From assembly GCF_006345805.1 (NCBI RefSeq), contig NC_043000.1:27156001-27220000 (forward strand): a stretch of DNA of 64,000 nucleotides, written 5' to 3'. The position numbers and the translations under genes are program-made. Source of the DNA: Octopus sinensis. Its lineage: Eukaryota. The notes under the pieces are model-generated. The model was not told the DNA's origin, did not search any database, and was given only the letters and a program-made list of their open reading frames with translations. Within the stretch, counting starts at the first letter, position 1, and each line of letters opens with the position of its first letter. Shown piece by piece: positions 26,919 through 39,065 of the stretch.

Positions 26919-27376
26919 ATATGTTATTATTTAGAACAAAGAGTAAAATGTTGTCATTATAGTACTCGGAGTTACGAATGTTGGGCGAAGAGCTACGATG
27001 CATTCTCGACGGCTATTAATGACAACAGACGCCATTAGAAAAAGAAAAAAAAGAAAAATACATGCATTCTCACAATACATAGAGTGTGCATGTACGTACG
27101 CATATTTGTCTGAGTGTGTACGTGAGTAGACGTTTTGAACGCAGGAGGTTTATGCCTATGTATTGTGAGAATATGGTTCTGTGAGATTTTAATGTCTTTT
27201 TTCCCCTTTTTCTAACTATCAGAGTAATTTCTTTTTATTCAACGGTTTTTCATAGCGTCTGTTGCCAATAATAGCCGACGGGAATGTATCGTAGCTCTAC
27301 GCTCCATTTGAAACTCCGAGTACTATAATGACTATAATGACAACCTTTTACTGTTTGTTCCAAATTATAACATATA
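26919..27376. mobile_element. Non-autonomous foldback/MITE with ~115-125-bp imperfect TIRs
   Basis: Left tgttattatttagaacaaagagtaaaatgttgtcattatagtactcggagtt..gagctacgatgcattc..caacagacgc is inverted at ~27254-27374 (gcgtctgttg..gtagctct..aactccgagtactataatgac..ccaaattataaca). Confidence 0.75.
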
Positions 27377-27534
27377 TATATATAATAAACAATAATAGAA
27401 ACGCAAACATTTTTTTTTGGTGGAATTATTTTCCATTCGAAGAAATAAAATTAGCTGTGAAAATGCCCTGATGAGGCTCTTGATGGATTGTTGCGTAAAT
27501 TTGCACTATAAGATGCGAAAGATACATCTTCATT

Positions 27535-27699
27535 GGTGCAGGAGTGGTTGTGTGGCAAGTAGCTTGCTAACTAACCACATGGTTCCGGGTTCAGTCCTAC
27601 TGCGTGGCATCTTGGGCAAGTGTCTTCTGCTATAGCCCCGGGCCGACCAATGCATTGTGAGTAGATTTGGTAGACGGAAACTGAAGGAAGCCTGTCGTG

Positions 27700-27742
<43 letters not shown>

Positions 27743-27954
27743 TTGTGTGTCTGTGTTTGTTCCCCTAGCATTGCTTGACAACCGGTGTGTTTACGTCCCC
27801 GTCACTTAGCAGTTCGCCAAAAGAGACCGATAGAATAAGTACTGGGCTTACAAAGAATAAGTCCCGGGGTCGATTTGCTCGACTAAAGGCGGTGCCCCAG
27901 CATGGCCGCTGTCAAATGACTGAAACAAGTAAAAGAGTAAAAGAGTAAAGAGTA
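27535..27954 (+). mobile_element. SINE family B, full length
   Basis: Same head, microsatellite core and tail as 8927-9365. Confidence 0.85.
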
Positions 27955-28350
27955 TAGCGGCGGAAACGTTACAAAGGCGAAAATAGAAGAATATAGATGA
28001 TTGCATAATGAAAGATTGGATATTCTCTATTCCCAGTTGTCCTTAAACTTATTAATTACTGCTTCTCGTCTATCAAGAAGCATACAATCTCAATAGAGAT
28101 AGCTGGATTTTCAGACGCGTGAGAATGTACTAGACTGTATACTAGAGTGTATATATATGTATGTGTGAGTGCGTGTGTGTACACATACATATACTCTTTC
28201 ACTTGTTTCAGTCATTTGACTGTGGGCATGGAGGAGCACCGCTTTTAAATGTGTAACGCTTACAGCTCCTAGGTTTCCCAAGCGGTCACCCAGCTAAGTG
28301 CTTATTAGGCTCGACGTTGCTTAACTTTGTTGATCGGACGAGAATTGGTG

Positions 28351-28428
<78 letters not shown>

Positions 28429-28507
28429 ATATATGTATATGTATTATGTATATATAATATATATACATATATAATATATATACATATATATATATATATA
28501 ATATATA

Positions 28508-28554
<47 letters not shown>

Positions 28555-28557
<3 letters not shown>

Positions 28558-30170
28558 TTGCGGTCAAAATGTTCAGAACGGCATTGTTTTCGTCAGAAAA
28601 GTAGGTATAAGTTTTTATCAAAGTTGTTTTATATAATTTTCACAGACAATAAATACGATATTATTTGTTATTGTCTATGATTTTGGTGTACTTTGAGAGG
28701 ATAATACAAAAGTTATGGATGATTTAGTGATTTACTGCAAAACCCATGGCGGCCAAAATGATCAGTACGGTTGCTTTTACTCCATGTTTTAGTATATTTA
28801 ACCGTCGAACTCTAATGTTTTGAATTTGTTTAAGTGACAGTTCGTTTTCTAAACATTAGTAAGAATATCTGCAGTGTACTTTGTTAATATAAAGCCACTT
28901 ACTCCGTTACCAATTCGTCAGTAGAGTATTAAGCTTCGAAAGAAGGATAATTTAAGTATTAGGTCTATTGCAAAGATTGTTAACAAGTCAAAAACTGTAG
29001 TTCACGGTATTCTTAAGGTCTACGATGATTATGTTTCGTGTGAAGCAAGAAAGTCTACAGGTAGGCCAAGAAAAACGACCAAGAGAGAAGATCGTGCTAT
29101 GGTAAAGTTGGTTAAAAAGGACAGATTTAAAATTGCTGCTGCTGTTTTTCTGGAAATGAGCATTGTACTGAAGAAAACTTTATCTCGAAAAACTGTCTCG
29201 TCCTTTAGTTAAGCATGACCTACAAGCAAGAGCACCTGCAGTGAAGCCACTGATCAGCTCCAAGAATAAAAAGTGTCGTCTTACCTTTGCAACCGAACAT
29301 GTGTTGTTGTCTCAAGAAAAATGGCAAACGGTGCATTTCAGTGATGAATCTAAGTCTATGTTATTTGGCTCAGATGGGAAAAGGTATGTTCGTCGAAAAG
29401 CAAGTTAAAAATTGTCACCTATATGCCTTAAGACTAGTGTTAAATTCGGTGGAGGAAGTGTCATGGTTTGGGGGATGATATCTGGAGATGTTGTGGGCCC
29501 TTTGCTGCGATTACATGGAAAGGTAAATGCAGGAGTTTATAAACAACTTGTAAAAGATCATGTCTTGCCTGTGCTGAGAAATTCAACTAAGCGACCACCC
29601 ATATTCATGCAGGACATTGCCCCATGTCACAAGGCTAAGGTGGTCATGAACTTCCTCAAGGCTGAAAAGGTTATTGTCATGGATTGGCCTGCTCAAAGCC
29701 CAGATCTCAATCCTATTAAAAATGTGTGGAATATTCTAGGAGAACGTTTGAAAGCCAGAAATCCTAAAACAACCGTGCAATTATGGAATGCCCTTCATGA
29801 AGAATGGAATAAGTTCACCCAGCAAGAAATTGAAAATTTAATTTCTCCATGCAGTCGAAAATGTCAAACTTTGATTGAAGCTAAAGGGCTTCACACTAAA
29901 TATGAAATAATTCCAGCATTCTCTGTCACTTTTTGGTTACTTTGTTATTTTTTCAACCGTTCTGATCATTTTGGCCACCATGCAGTAAATCACTAAATCA
30001 TCCATAACTTTTGTATTATCCTCTCAAATTATACCAGAATCTCAGATAATACCAACAAATATTGTATTTATTGTCTGTGAAAGTTACAGAATATAAAACA
30101 ACTTTAATAAAAACTTATATCTACTTTTCTGACGAAAACAATGGTGTTCTGAACATTTTGGCCGCAACTG
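28555..30170 (+). mobile_element. Tc1-family transposon, 1616 bp, ~219-bp IR/DR-type TIRs, inserted in (TA)n
   Basis: TIRs CAGTTGCGGTCAAAATGTTCAGAAC.. (28555-28773) and ..GTTCTGAACATTTTGGCCGCAACTG (29954-30170), with TA on both sides. Confidence 0.93.
28900..29903 (+). pseudogene. Tc1 DD34E transposase pseudogene (frameshifts, stops, catalytic E to K)
   Basis: GRPRKT, FSDESK, KFGGGSVMVWG, FMQD (GAC at 29613) and WPAQSPDLNPIKNVW. AAA at 29718 sits exactly 35 codons after the second D. Confidence 0.9.
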
Positions 30171-30183
30171 TATATATTATATT

Positions 30184-30215
<32 letters not shown>

Positions 30216-30854
30216 TGTATGTATGAATGTATGTATGTATGTATGTATGCATGTAAGTATGTATGTATGTATGTATGTATGTATGTATGATGTATCGGAG
30301 ACCTAAATAACAAATGGTTCCTGGACAGGTTCTGAGGTTCTAGCACAAACTGAAATCCAATGACATTATGGTAAACTAGATTATACTGACCGAAAACCGG
30401 TTCCTCGTGTTATATATTAATTTGCCAAATATCTTCTAGTTCTGTCTCTAATTTCTATGTTGTTTCTGTAGAAATAAGATGTTACTGTTCGCTGACGGCT
30501 CAGTGACATTTGCATCAATAAGATATTCATTTGAAAATAACTTTACAAAAGTAATGTTTATCAGAGATCTTTTCAGGATGAATGAATAGGTGAGTGAGTC
30601 GCTGAACAATGACATTTAAGCCAGAACAGTGTAAACAATGACTGTATTCAGGAAACATTCTCATCAGAACTCCAACTGTATTTTGAGAAATTCAAATCTG
30701 ATGTAAATAGAATGAGAATGTAACAGTTAGTGTGGGTAACATTTATCTTAGCTGTTTTTTTATCAAGGTTAAATACGTTTCCATTGCTGAGCCACGGCTT
30801 TCAGAGGCATCAGCCGAATAAACAGGGTTTACATCTCTCGATTCTAGTGCAATA

Positions 30855-31500
30855 CTCACTCACTCACTCACCCGCCAATTCACTCACTCACTCATTCATT
30901 CACTCACTCACCCACTCCACTCCACTCACTCACTCATTCACTTACTTATTCACTCACACACTCACTCCATTCACATTCTCGCTCACTCACTCCACTCGCT
31001 CACTCACTCACTCACTCGTTCATTTCCTCACTCATTCACTCACTCACTCGCACGCTCACTTACTCATTCACTCACACACTCACGCATTCGCTCGCTCACT
31101 CACTCCATCCACTCACTCATTCGCTCGCTCAATTACTAACTTCCTTCAATAACCCACTCACTCGTTCATTCACTCACTCATTCACGTACACACTCACTCA
31201 CTTATTTACTCACTCAATCACCCACTCACTCACTCCACTCACTCACTCCACTCACTCGCTCACTCCACTCACTCACTCACTCACTCACTCATTCACTCAC
31301 TCAGTCACTCATTCACTCACTCCACGCTCACATATTCGCTCACTGCAACTCACTCACTCACTCTCTCACTCACTCAGTCACTCACCCACTCACTCACTGC
31401 ACTCACATATACTCATTCATTCACTCGTTCGCTCACTTACTCCACTCACTTACTCACTCGCACGCTCATATATTCACTAACTTCACTCACTCACCCACCA
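30855..31500. repeat. Degenerate (CACT/CATT)n tetranucleotide satellite
   Basis: About 650 bp of cactcactcattcact variants. Confidence 0.9.
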
Positions 31501-31509
31501 ACCTTACTC

Positions 31510-31900
31510 CCTGTGGACCACAATCCCTCGACGACTTTTCTACAGTATTCACGACTCTGCGACTCTGGGACTCTTATCGCGCTTTTCTTTTTCCTCCCAG
31601 CTGCATCCCAGTTTCCGTACAGCCTCTTTTTGCATGTTGCTGCGCTGCATCATGTTTCTCTCTCTAAAGGAAGGCTGTCCTTTGCCAGGTCTCGATGCTT
31701 TTCAGTCGTCATCGATGCTTCTGAAACTTTGCTTTTACTTGGTCGGGCTGTTGACCATATGCAAATCATGTTTTCATTTCGGGATGATATGGTCCATATC
31801 CAGGTTGCCTCATCCTTTGGCCAGACGAGCATGGGTGTTCCACTCAGGAGCTTGTGCTCTCTGGAATAGTCCTCATGTTTATTGAGGCTCGCGTGCCACC
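31510..31900 (-). mobile_element. Decayed RTE-like LINE 3' fragment
   Basis: The minus strand loosely follows the RTE C-terminal pattern (QRRLRWLGHV..LYG..R.KD..KRD); very degenerate. Confidence 0.35.
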
Positions 31901-32329
31901 ACACCACAACTATGGGCAATTCAAAGAAAGATGAAAGAAAGCCTGTAAGGCACTTGAAGTTGATGAAGGGGTAGTTGCAAGAAGAGTTACCATCAACAGC
32001 GGAGGAATGTCGCTAGAAGCTAAACACAAATTACATCTAATCTTCACATAATGCTATTCTGATAATGTGATTTGAAAGACATGCTGCATGAGAACTAAAT
32101 ATTAAACACTGTACATGTAACACGAGGTTACGACGCGCTCACTGGTTACGATGTGTTTATACTCAGCCATTAGCATCTGGAGCAGCTTCCGGTAGCTGCA
32201 TTTAGTATCATCTGAAATGATGACATAAAGATAGTGAAACATCCAGAGTAATAGTTTTTTTTTTGTTTTTAAATTGAAAGAAAATGTTTGAAGAGAATAA
32301 TGCTAACGAAAACACTCATAAAATAATTC

Positions 32330-33250
32330 CGTTCTCTGAGCAAAATACGATGGAGTAGAACAGACGTAGTTTCTGGGATGCTTTTAGTGAAGAGTATCCT
32401 AATGCGGCTGGTGTGATTTGTAAAGCATTAGTCACACCTGATTATCACTCTTTCTGCAACGGTAGTTGTACAGATGTTGGTATACCTGCCATGTTTTCTG
32501 TTATTGCATATTTCTGCGCTAATGTATTTTTTCTCCAGTCGAATGGATCTTTTTATTATCGAGTTTCTACTCCACTGAAACATTCTTGTTGTCAAGGTAG
32601 CAGAATATTACGCTTGTTTATAGGGAAAAGTATGATTTAATAACAAATATGTCATCGATTTAAGACATTTTTTTTATATATTTTGAATGAACGATGTTTG
32701 TAATAACATTTGGCAATAAGTAATTGGTCGTTCCAAGTTTTCGATTGAATATCCAATGCTGTTACCACTGTGAAAGCTCAAGGCTATACAAGAAATGGGC
32801 TGACCCAAAGAATGGAATATTATTGATGCAAGATATATGATACAGACAATTCGCTCGTTTGCTTCACCATTGACACGCGTGCAGACATTATACCAGAATA
32901 ACAGGCAAATGAGCCTTTTACCGCCAGATATGCGTTCAGATATCTTTATGGGTATCAGCCATGATACGAAAGCTTTATACCGCTGTGAAGCTCATTTGCA
33001 TGTTACATATAAAACAGCTATCCAGGCCGCTTTGTATCTCGACCTAACCGAAATTATTACAGTAACTACCAGTAACGCAGTAAGTATTAACCACAATACT
33101 ACAGTTTGGTTTGAATTTAGCTGCCAACGCATTTTTATTTTTTCTGCACGAAAATTCTGCAGGGAAATTTACATGATCGGATACATTCACATCATAAATG
33201 ACGAGCCATTTTAGCTTACTGTAGCTGCTTATGGCTACAGACCGGTCTTC
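32330..33250 (-). mobile_element. Probable Helitron/PIF1-like helicase relic
   Basis: Minus-strand pieces LNA-SGG-K (Walker A-like) and F..NTL/AEICNNRK/MAGIPT (cf. FEALDRTLRDIxNNxxxMGG) appear in the expected order; multiple frameshifts. Confidence 0.35.
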
Positions 33251-33904
33251 CTCCAGCTATTCTAACCACAAGTCTCTACTTCAAGCAGAAATTTCTTCAA
33301 TCTGTCTCAATGAAAGACGTGTTATTAGCTAAAATTAAACTGCAAATTATTTGCACCAGTTCCGTTAAAGATTACGCATTTTCCGTCCTTTTTATTCGTA
33401 GTATTCTATATAAAGAAAAGCCCTAATTCATAAACATCCTGTGTAACGCAGTTTCTATACACATCTCACTCAATGAATCTTGATGCAATTATATTTGTAT
33501 ATGCAGATTTCTAAAAATGATTTTTATGTATTTTCATCATTCATTCTAATACATTATGCTGCCGCATCATATGAACATCTTTAAGAATGACTGAAACCAT
33601 TAGCGAATCTTCTGACTATCAGCATTGCTATACAAGCCAAAAGTATAGCTTCGAGGTTAATAAATTTTAAAATATGAATATCACTTAGAATATTGTAAAA
33701 CAGTTTTGACATAATACTAGAAATACATTTGCGTTTTACTTTTTGTGAAAATTAGTATAATCATATGACTATGATTATACTATTATACTATGCGTATAAT
33801 CGTATCGGCTTACACACAATCAATACGTTTAACAGAGTTCGCAAGTTCATCAATCATATCACACCCGAAATACCAAGGTGAAGTATTGAATAAAGATTTA
33901 TATA

Positions 33905-34310
33905 TACTCTTTTACTTGTTTCAGTCATTTGATTGCGGCCATGCTGGAGCACCGCCTTTAGTCGAGCAAATCGACCTTAGGACTTATTCTTTGTAAGCCT
34001 AGTACTTATTTTATCGGTCTCTTTGGCCGAACCGCTAAGTTACGGGAACGTAAACACACCAGCATCAGTTGTCGAGCGATGTTGGGGGCGGGACAAACAC
34101 AGACGAATAAACATATACACTCATGCATATATTTATATATACATATATACGACGAGCTTCTTTCAGTTTCCGTCTACCAAATCCGCTCACAAGGCTTTGG
34201 TCGACCCGAGGCTATAGTAGAAGACTCTCGCTCGAGGTGTCACGCAGTGGGACTGAACACGGAACCACGTGGTTCGTAAGCAAGCTACTTACCACACAGC
34301 CACTCCTGCC
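33905..34310 (-). mobile_element. SINE family B, full length
   Basis: Reverse complement of the family B layout. Confidence 0.85.
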
Positions 34311-34737
34311 CCCTTTCTACTGCAGGCACAAGGCTCGAAATTTTTGAGGAGGGGGCTTGTCGTTTCTGGCAACTCGTCCCATTTATACAGTATTGATAAT
34401 GATAAGGAGAACGCAGATTTTTCAGATTCATAGTCTTATTTAACTTGCTGTTGAAATACGAGCAGGTACCCTAAAAATGATGTAAAGAACTGCTAAATAA
34501 AATGGTGGATATGAAATATCTCCGCTCTCATTATTAGTACAATCATTTACTCTACGGAAATTATGCAGTCTTGAAGAGGACACTCGGATTTAGTCAGCGA
34601 AAAGAGTTACCAGAGCCTACCAACTTACTGTTATCTCGGGTATCACTAAAGGATCGTTGTGATTAGCCGTCATCTGAAACTGAATTAAGAGGAAACACGG
34701 TAACCGAAATGACATTACATCCCTTTAAACTAAATTT

Positions 34738-34780
<43 letters not shown>

Positions 34781-35137
34781 AAAGCCAGTGAACAGCAATG
34801 ACGATACCGGTTTGACTTTGAATCCCTTTAAAAATTCAAAATAATGAATTTAATTCCTCTTAATTCTACGTCAGTTGATCTAATAGCATTTATTTATCAC
34901 TAGTTTTCATTAAAAAGCCTTTATTTTTTTTATATTCATTGCGCATTTTCGCTTTTTTGTCTTCTTACTTGCCTCATATCTTTTCCACGTGTAGTTTCTA
35001 TTTTCTTTTTGAAACATATTTCTAGTATATATATATATATACATACATACGTACATATATATATACATACACATACATATATATGTGTGTGTGTTATATG
35101 TATATATGTGTATACATATATATTTATATGCATACAT

Positions 35138-35205
<68 letters not shown>

Positions 35206-36589
35206 GTGTGTGTGTGTGTGTCTTTGTGTCTAAGTTTGTCACCACCACTTCTTGACAAACGGTGCTGGTGTGTTTACATCCCCGTAACGTAGCGGTTTGG
35301 CCAAATATTTCGATAGAATAAGTACCAGGCTTGAAATACTCAGTACTAGTGTCAATTCATTCAATTAAGCATCCTCCCAGGCGGTGCCACAGCATGGCCG
35401 CAGTCTAATGACTGGGAACACATAAAAGTTCAGGTGTGATATGATTGATGAACTTGCATACTGTAATTTCGAGTGAATACTATTCCATTCTACCTAACAG
35501 TACTGAATATTTTTGCTTAATGGTATCTCACACATATACGTACCTATATATACATACAGGCAGATATGTTTAATTTTTCGGGAAGAAAATTTCTGTTTAT
35601 CTGTGATTTGGATGTTCTTGCTTACCAGCCACCATGATCTGTGGTCTTCTTTTTTCCTTCCGACTTTATATATAGTTTTTGGCAGGATGTTCGTTTGGTA
35701 GGTGGAGTAATGCAAATGAGAATTAGATGTGATTTAGGCGGACGGGAGAAGTGGTTGTATGGGAAGGGAAGATGGAGAAAAAAATGGAAGAAACTATATA
35801 CTTATAGATGTAAAAATTATTAACTATTTTAATTGGTCTTTATTGAATTTTCTCAGTATATAGAGAGATGTAGAATAATTAAATGTTCGATTGCACAGCT
35901 CACAGATCGAAACATAACATGATATGTGAATACCTTAGACATCGTTTGTCTACCTTATCGATTCCTCGACATGTTTGCTGTGACCTATACAAGACGAGTC
36001 TATTGATGAATTAGTCAAACTCTTCACTTAAATACTGAATTTAACGGCTCATATTTGGTTTGAGGCAGACATTTAATTGTCAGAGATTGCAAATATATTC
36101 GGTAGCAATTATAGAAGTTGCTGTTTGATGCATTGTATTTTAAAGGATTTACAACCAATGAACAAACGGAACATGCGAATAGTCGCTTTGCACTAACGGA
36201 AACATATGGCTATTGGCACAAATAGAAGCTGCTTCTCGAATTTTCTCAAACTAAACTAAATTAATCTGCACTGAATCCTTATATCTACTAAAATACAATA
36301 AGAAACATACAGTGCAAATATACTACGTTAAAGCAATAGGCTAGTTGTCAAATAATGACGAAGTTTACACAACTTTTACCAGGGAAATTTTATTTATTCT
36401 CGTTATTTGTCTTCTTAGAAAATCGACACAGTTTTAAACATTGATGGTCTTTTTCGATTTAATAAAGAAACTTCGGTACACATTCGATGTTCTTTTACTT
36501 TGCTGCTAAGTCGTTTTGGTTTTTATTGTATGGCTTCTCTCTCCTCTCTCACTCTCTGCTTTATTTATTTACAACATGCCAAGTGAGAT

Positions 36590-37110
36590 TCCATCACCGT
36601 GGTCGTCGTAGCAGTCGTCATCAATACCATCACCATCATCATCATCATCTGCAGCAGCAGCTGCTTCAGTAGGAGATGTAGCATACTCCTCTTCTTCACC
36701 TCGTTCCCGCCTCCATTTTCTCCGCCCATTCCTCATCTCCTCATTCCGTCTTCATCTCGTCAAGCCTTTCTCATCCATTGCATCGTCATCATCATCAAAA
36801 TTGTTGCTCTAGTCATCATCAAAGTCGTCATCTTTGACATCATCATCATCGTCATCATCACTACAACCAACACCACTGCCAACACCACCACCAGCATCTA
36901 CCCCACCACCATTTTCATCGTCGTCGTCATCGTCCTCCTCTTGCTCCTCCTCGTTCTCCTCATCATCATCTTCATCACCACCTCTTTCACCTTTTCTCCT
37001 TCACCCTTTCTCCTCCCCCTCTCCTTCCTCCTCCACCTCTTCCTCCTCCTCCTCCTCCTCCTCCACCTGCCCTCCTCATTAAATCACCAACATAATAACC
37101 ATTAACGCCA
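36590..37110. repeat. (CAT)n/(CCT)n low-complexity region with a polypyrimidine tract
   Basis: Directly visible; source of the poly-I/V/L and poly-S ORFs. Confidence 0.85.
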
Positions 37111-37279
37111 TCAACAGCAGTGCCAGTAACATTAGCAATATCGCTATTGGCTGCAATTATATCTCTATCTTCTGGAGTGTGAGCTTCAGGCAATCATTTT
37201 TATGGTCAGCTTTACCTGGTTTTCTTCATCTTTGTTTTGTCCCCATGCTTGTGGTGAACAAAACTAGCCGTGCAGTAGT

Positions 37280-38100
37280 ATCAGCAGATAGTTAACAATA
37301 CCACATTTGTGGTCATCAGCGTCAACAGTACCACTTATGAGGTTCATCTACATTTGCAAATCAACATGTTTGTGCCACTTACAGCTGTTGGTCAGTCACA
37401 ATGCCTGTATGGCCGTCTACATCTATTGGTTAGTAGGAAAATCAATGTTTTCATTTTCATCTGTTGGTGAATACCACTGATGTAGTCGTGCGACTGTTGG
37501 TCAAAACCACGAATTTGGCCGTCAAATTCAGTTGATCAATACCAGCAGTGCGTCTGTCACACCGGTGTTCACATCATCTTGTGTAGGCTAACACCACTTA
37601 CATGTATTGCTCAGCAACACAGCTTAGCTATCTGCATCCGTTGATCAACAATACGAGTGTGAACGTCTACATCCGTTGGTCAAATTTCTGGCTATCTACA
37701 TCTGTTGGTTAGCAACACCAGTGGTGTAACTCTCTACATCTGTTGGCTAACGCCACTGCTGTTCTAGTTTAAATCTACTGGCCAGCGAGGACATCATCGT
37801 GGGTCTCTCCAACTCTTGGTTAGCAACACCAGTGTGTCCAGCATATCTTTTGTCCATCACCACTGCCATTCCAGTTTAAGTGATGACGTCTTTGTTGGTG
37901 TTTCCAACTGTTGGTTAGCAACACCTGTGTGTCAGGATACATCTGTTGTCCAGCACCACTGCTGTTCCAATATGAATCTATTCGCCAGCGACGACATCTT
38001 TGTGGGTGTCTACATCGGTTGGTTAGCAGCATTAGTCGTCAACTTCATCTGATGCTCATCACAAGGACCAACATCATTGTGATCAGCTTAATCTATTGCA
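37280..38100. repeat. Old degenerate minisatellite (core ctacatctgttggtYagcaacacca)
   Basis: Core variants recur roughly every 33-40 bp (e.g. ~37415, 37665, 37697, 37735), with ~100-bp higher-order units at 37810-38030. Confidence 0.7.
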
Positions 38101-38704
38101 CCATCGACTGTATGGTCATCTAGATTTGCATGTCAACCAATCCTCTGTTGTCGTCGTCGACCTCGTAATCTCGTAACAACTTCAGATTCAACGTTCCTTT
38201 ACGCAGATTTCTTCTAACTCTGCTTGCTCTTAAAATTTTGTTCCAGAAAACCATTAATGAACAACGATGACGACCATCACCAACACAACCACAACCATCA
38301 TCATCATCACGAGATTCGCTACCACAAGTACTATTACTAGATTGCATTTATCTATATGAATAGGAGACTATGTTCAAATTATTTGACACAAACCAACACG
38401 GAAATATTTATTGATCTTATTTCTGCTGTCCTTAATAACTATATAGCCAAGTAGAAATATAATCACACTTATGATATATCATAAAGGGAAAACAAACCCT
38501 CCATATAAAGACTGATGCTATATCAAACAGTCTGCCTAACGTTTGGGTCACATGACTTTCTCAGGAAAAGCACATGCTAAACTACGATAAGAAAGCAATG
38601 ATACTGCACCAAAAATTTCAGTACCCTGTTTTACTCAACTGAACTATCGATGATTTCTTTTTTAAAAAGAAAATATATGTGGAAAATAAAAATATTTATT
38701 TCTT

Positions 38705-38928
38705 TATTGTCCACAGGGGGTTAAACATAGAGGGAACAAACAAGGACAGACAAGGGGATTAAATCAATTACATCGATCCCAGTACGTAACTGCTATTTAT
38801 TTAATTAACGCCGGAAGGATTAAAGCCAAAGTCGGCCTCGACGGAATTTAAATTCAAGGTAACGGCAGCCGAAATACCGCTAAGCACTTCGCTCGACGTG
38901 CTAACGATTCTGCCAGCTCGCCGCCCTT
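38705..38928 (-). mobile_element. SINE family A, single body unit
   Basis: Ends in ..gctaacgattctgccagctcgccgcc, the inverted family A head. Confidence 0.8.
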
Positions 38929-38967
38929 TGAAAATAGAATATTTTATATATAATGTGCGTTTTGTCT

Positions 38968-39065
<98 letters not shown>

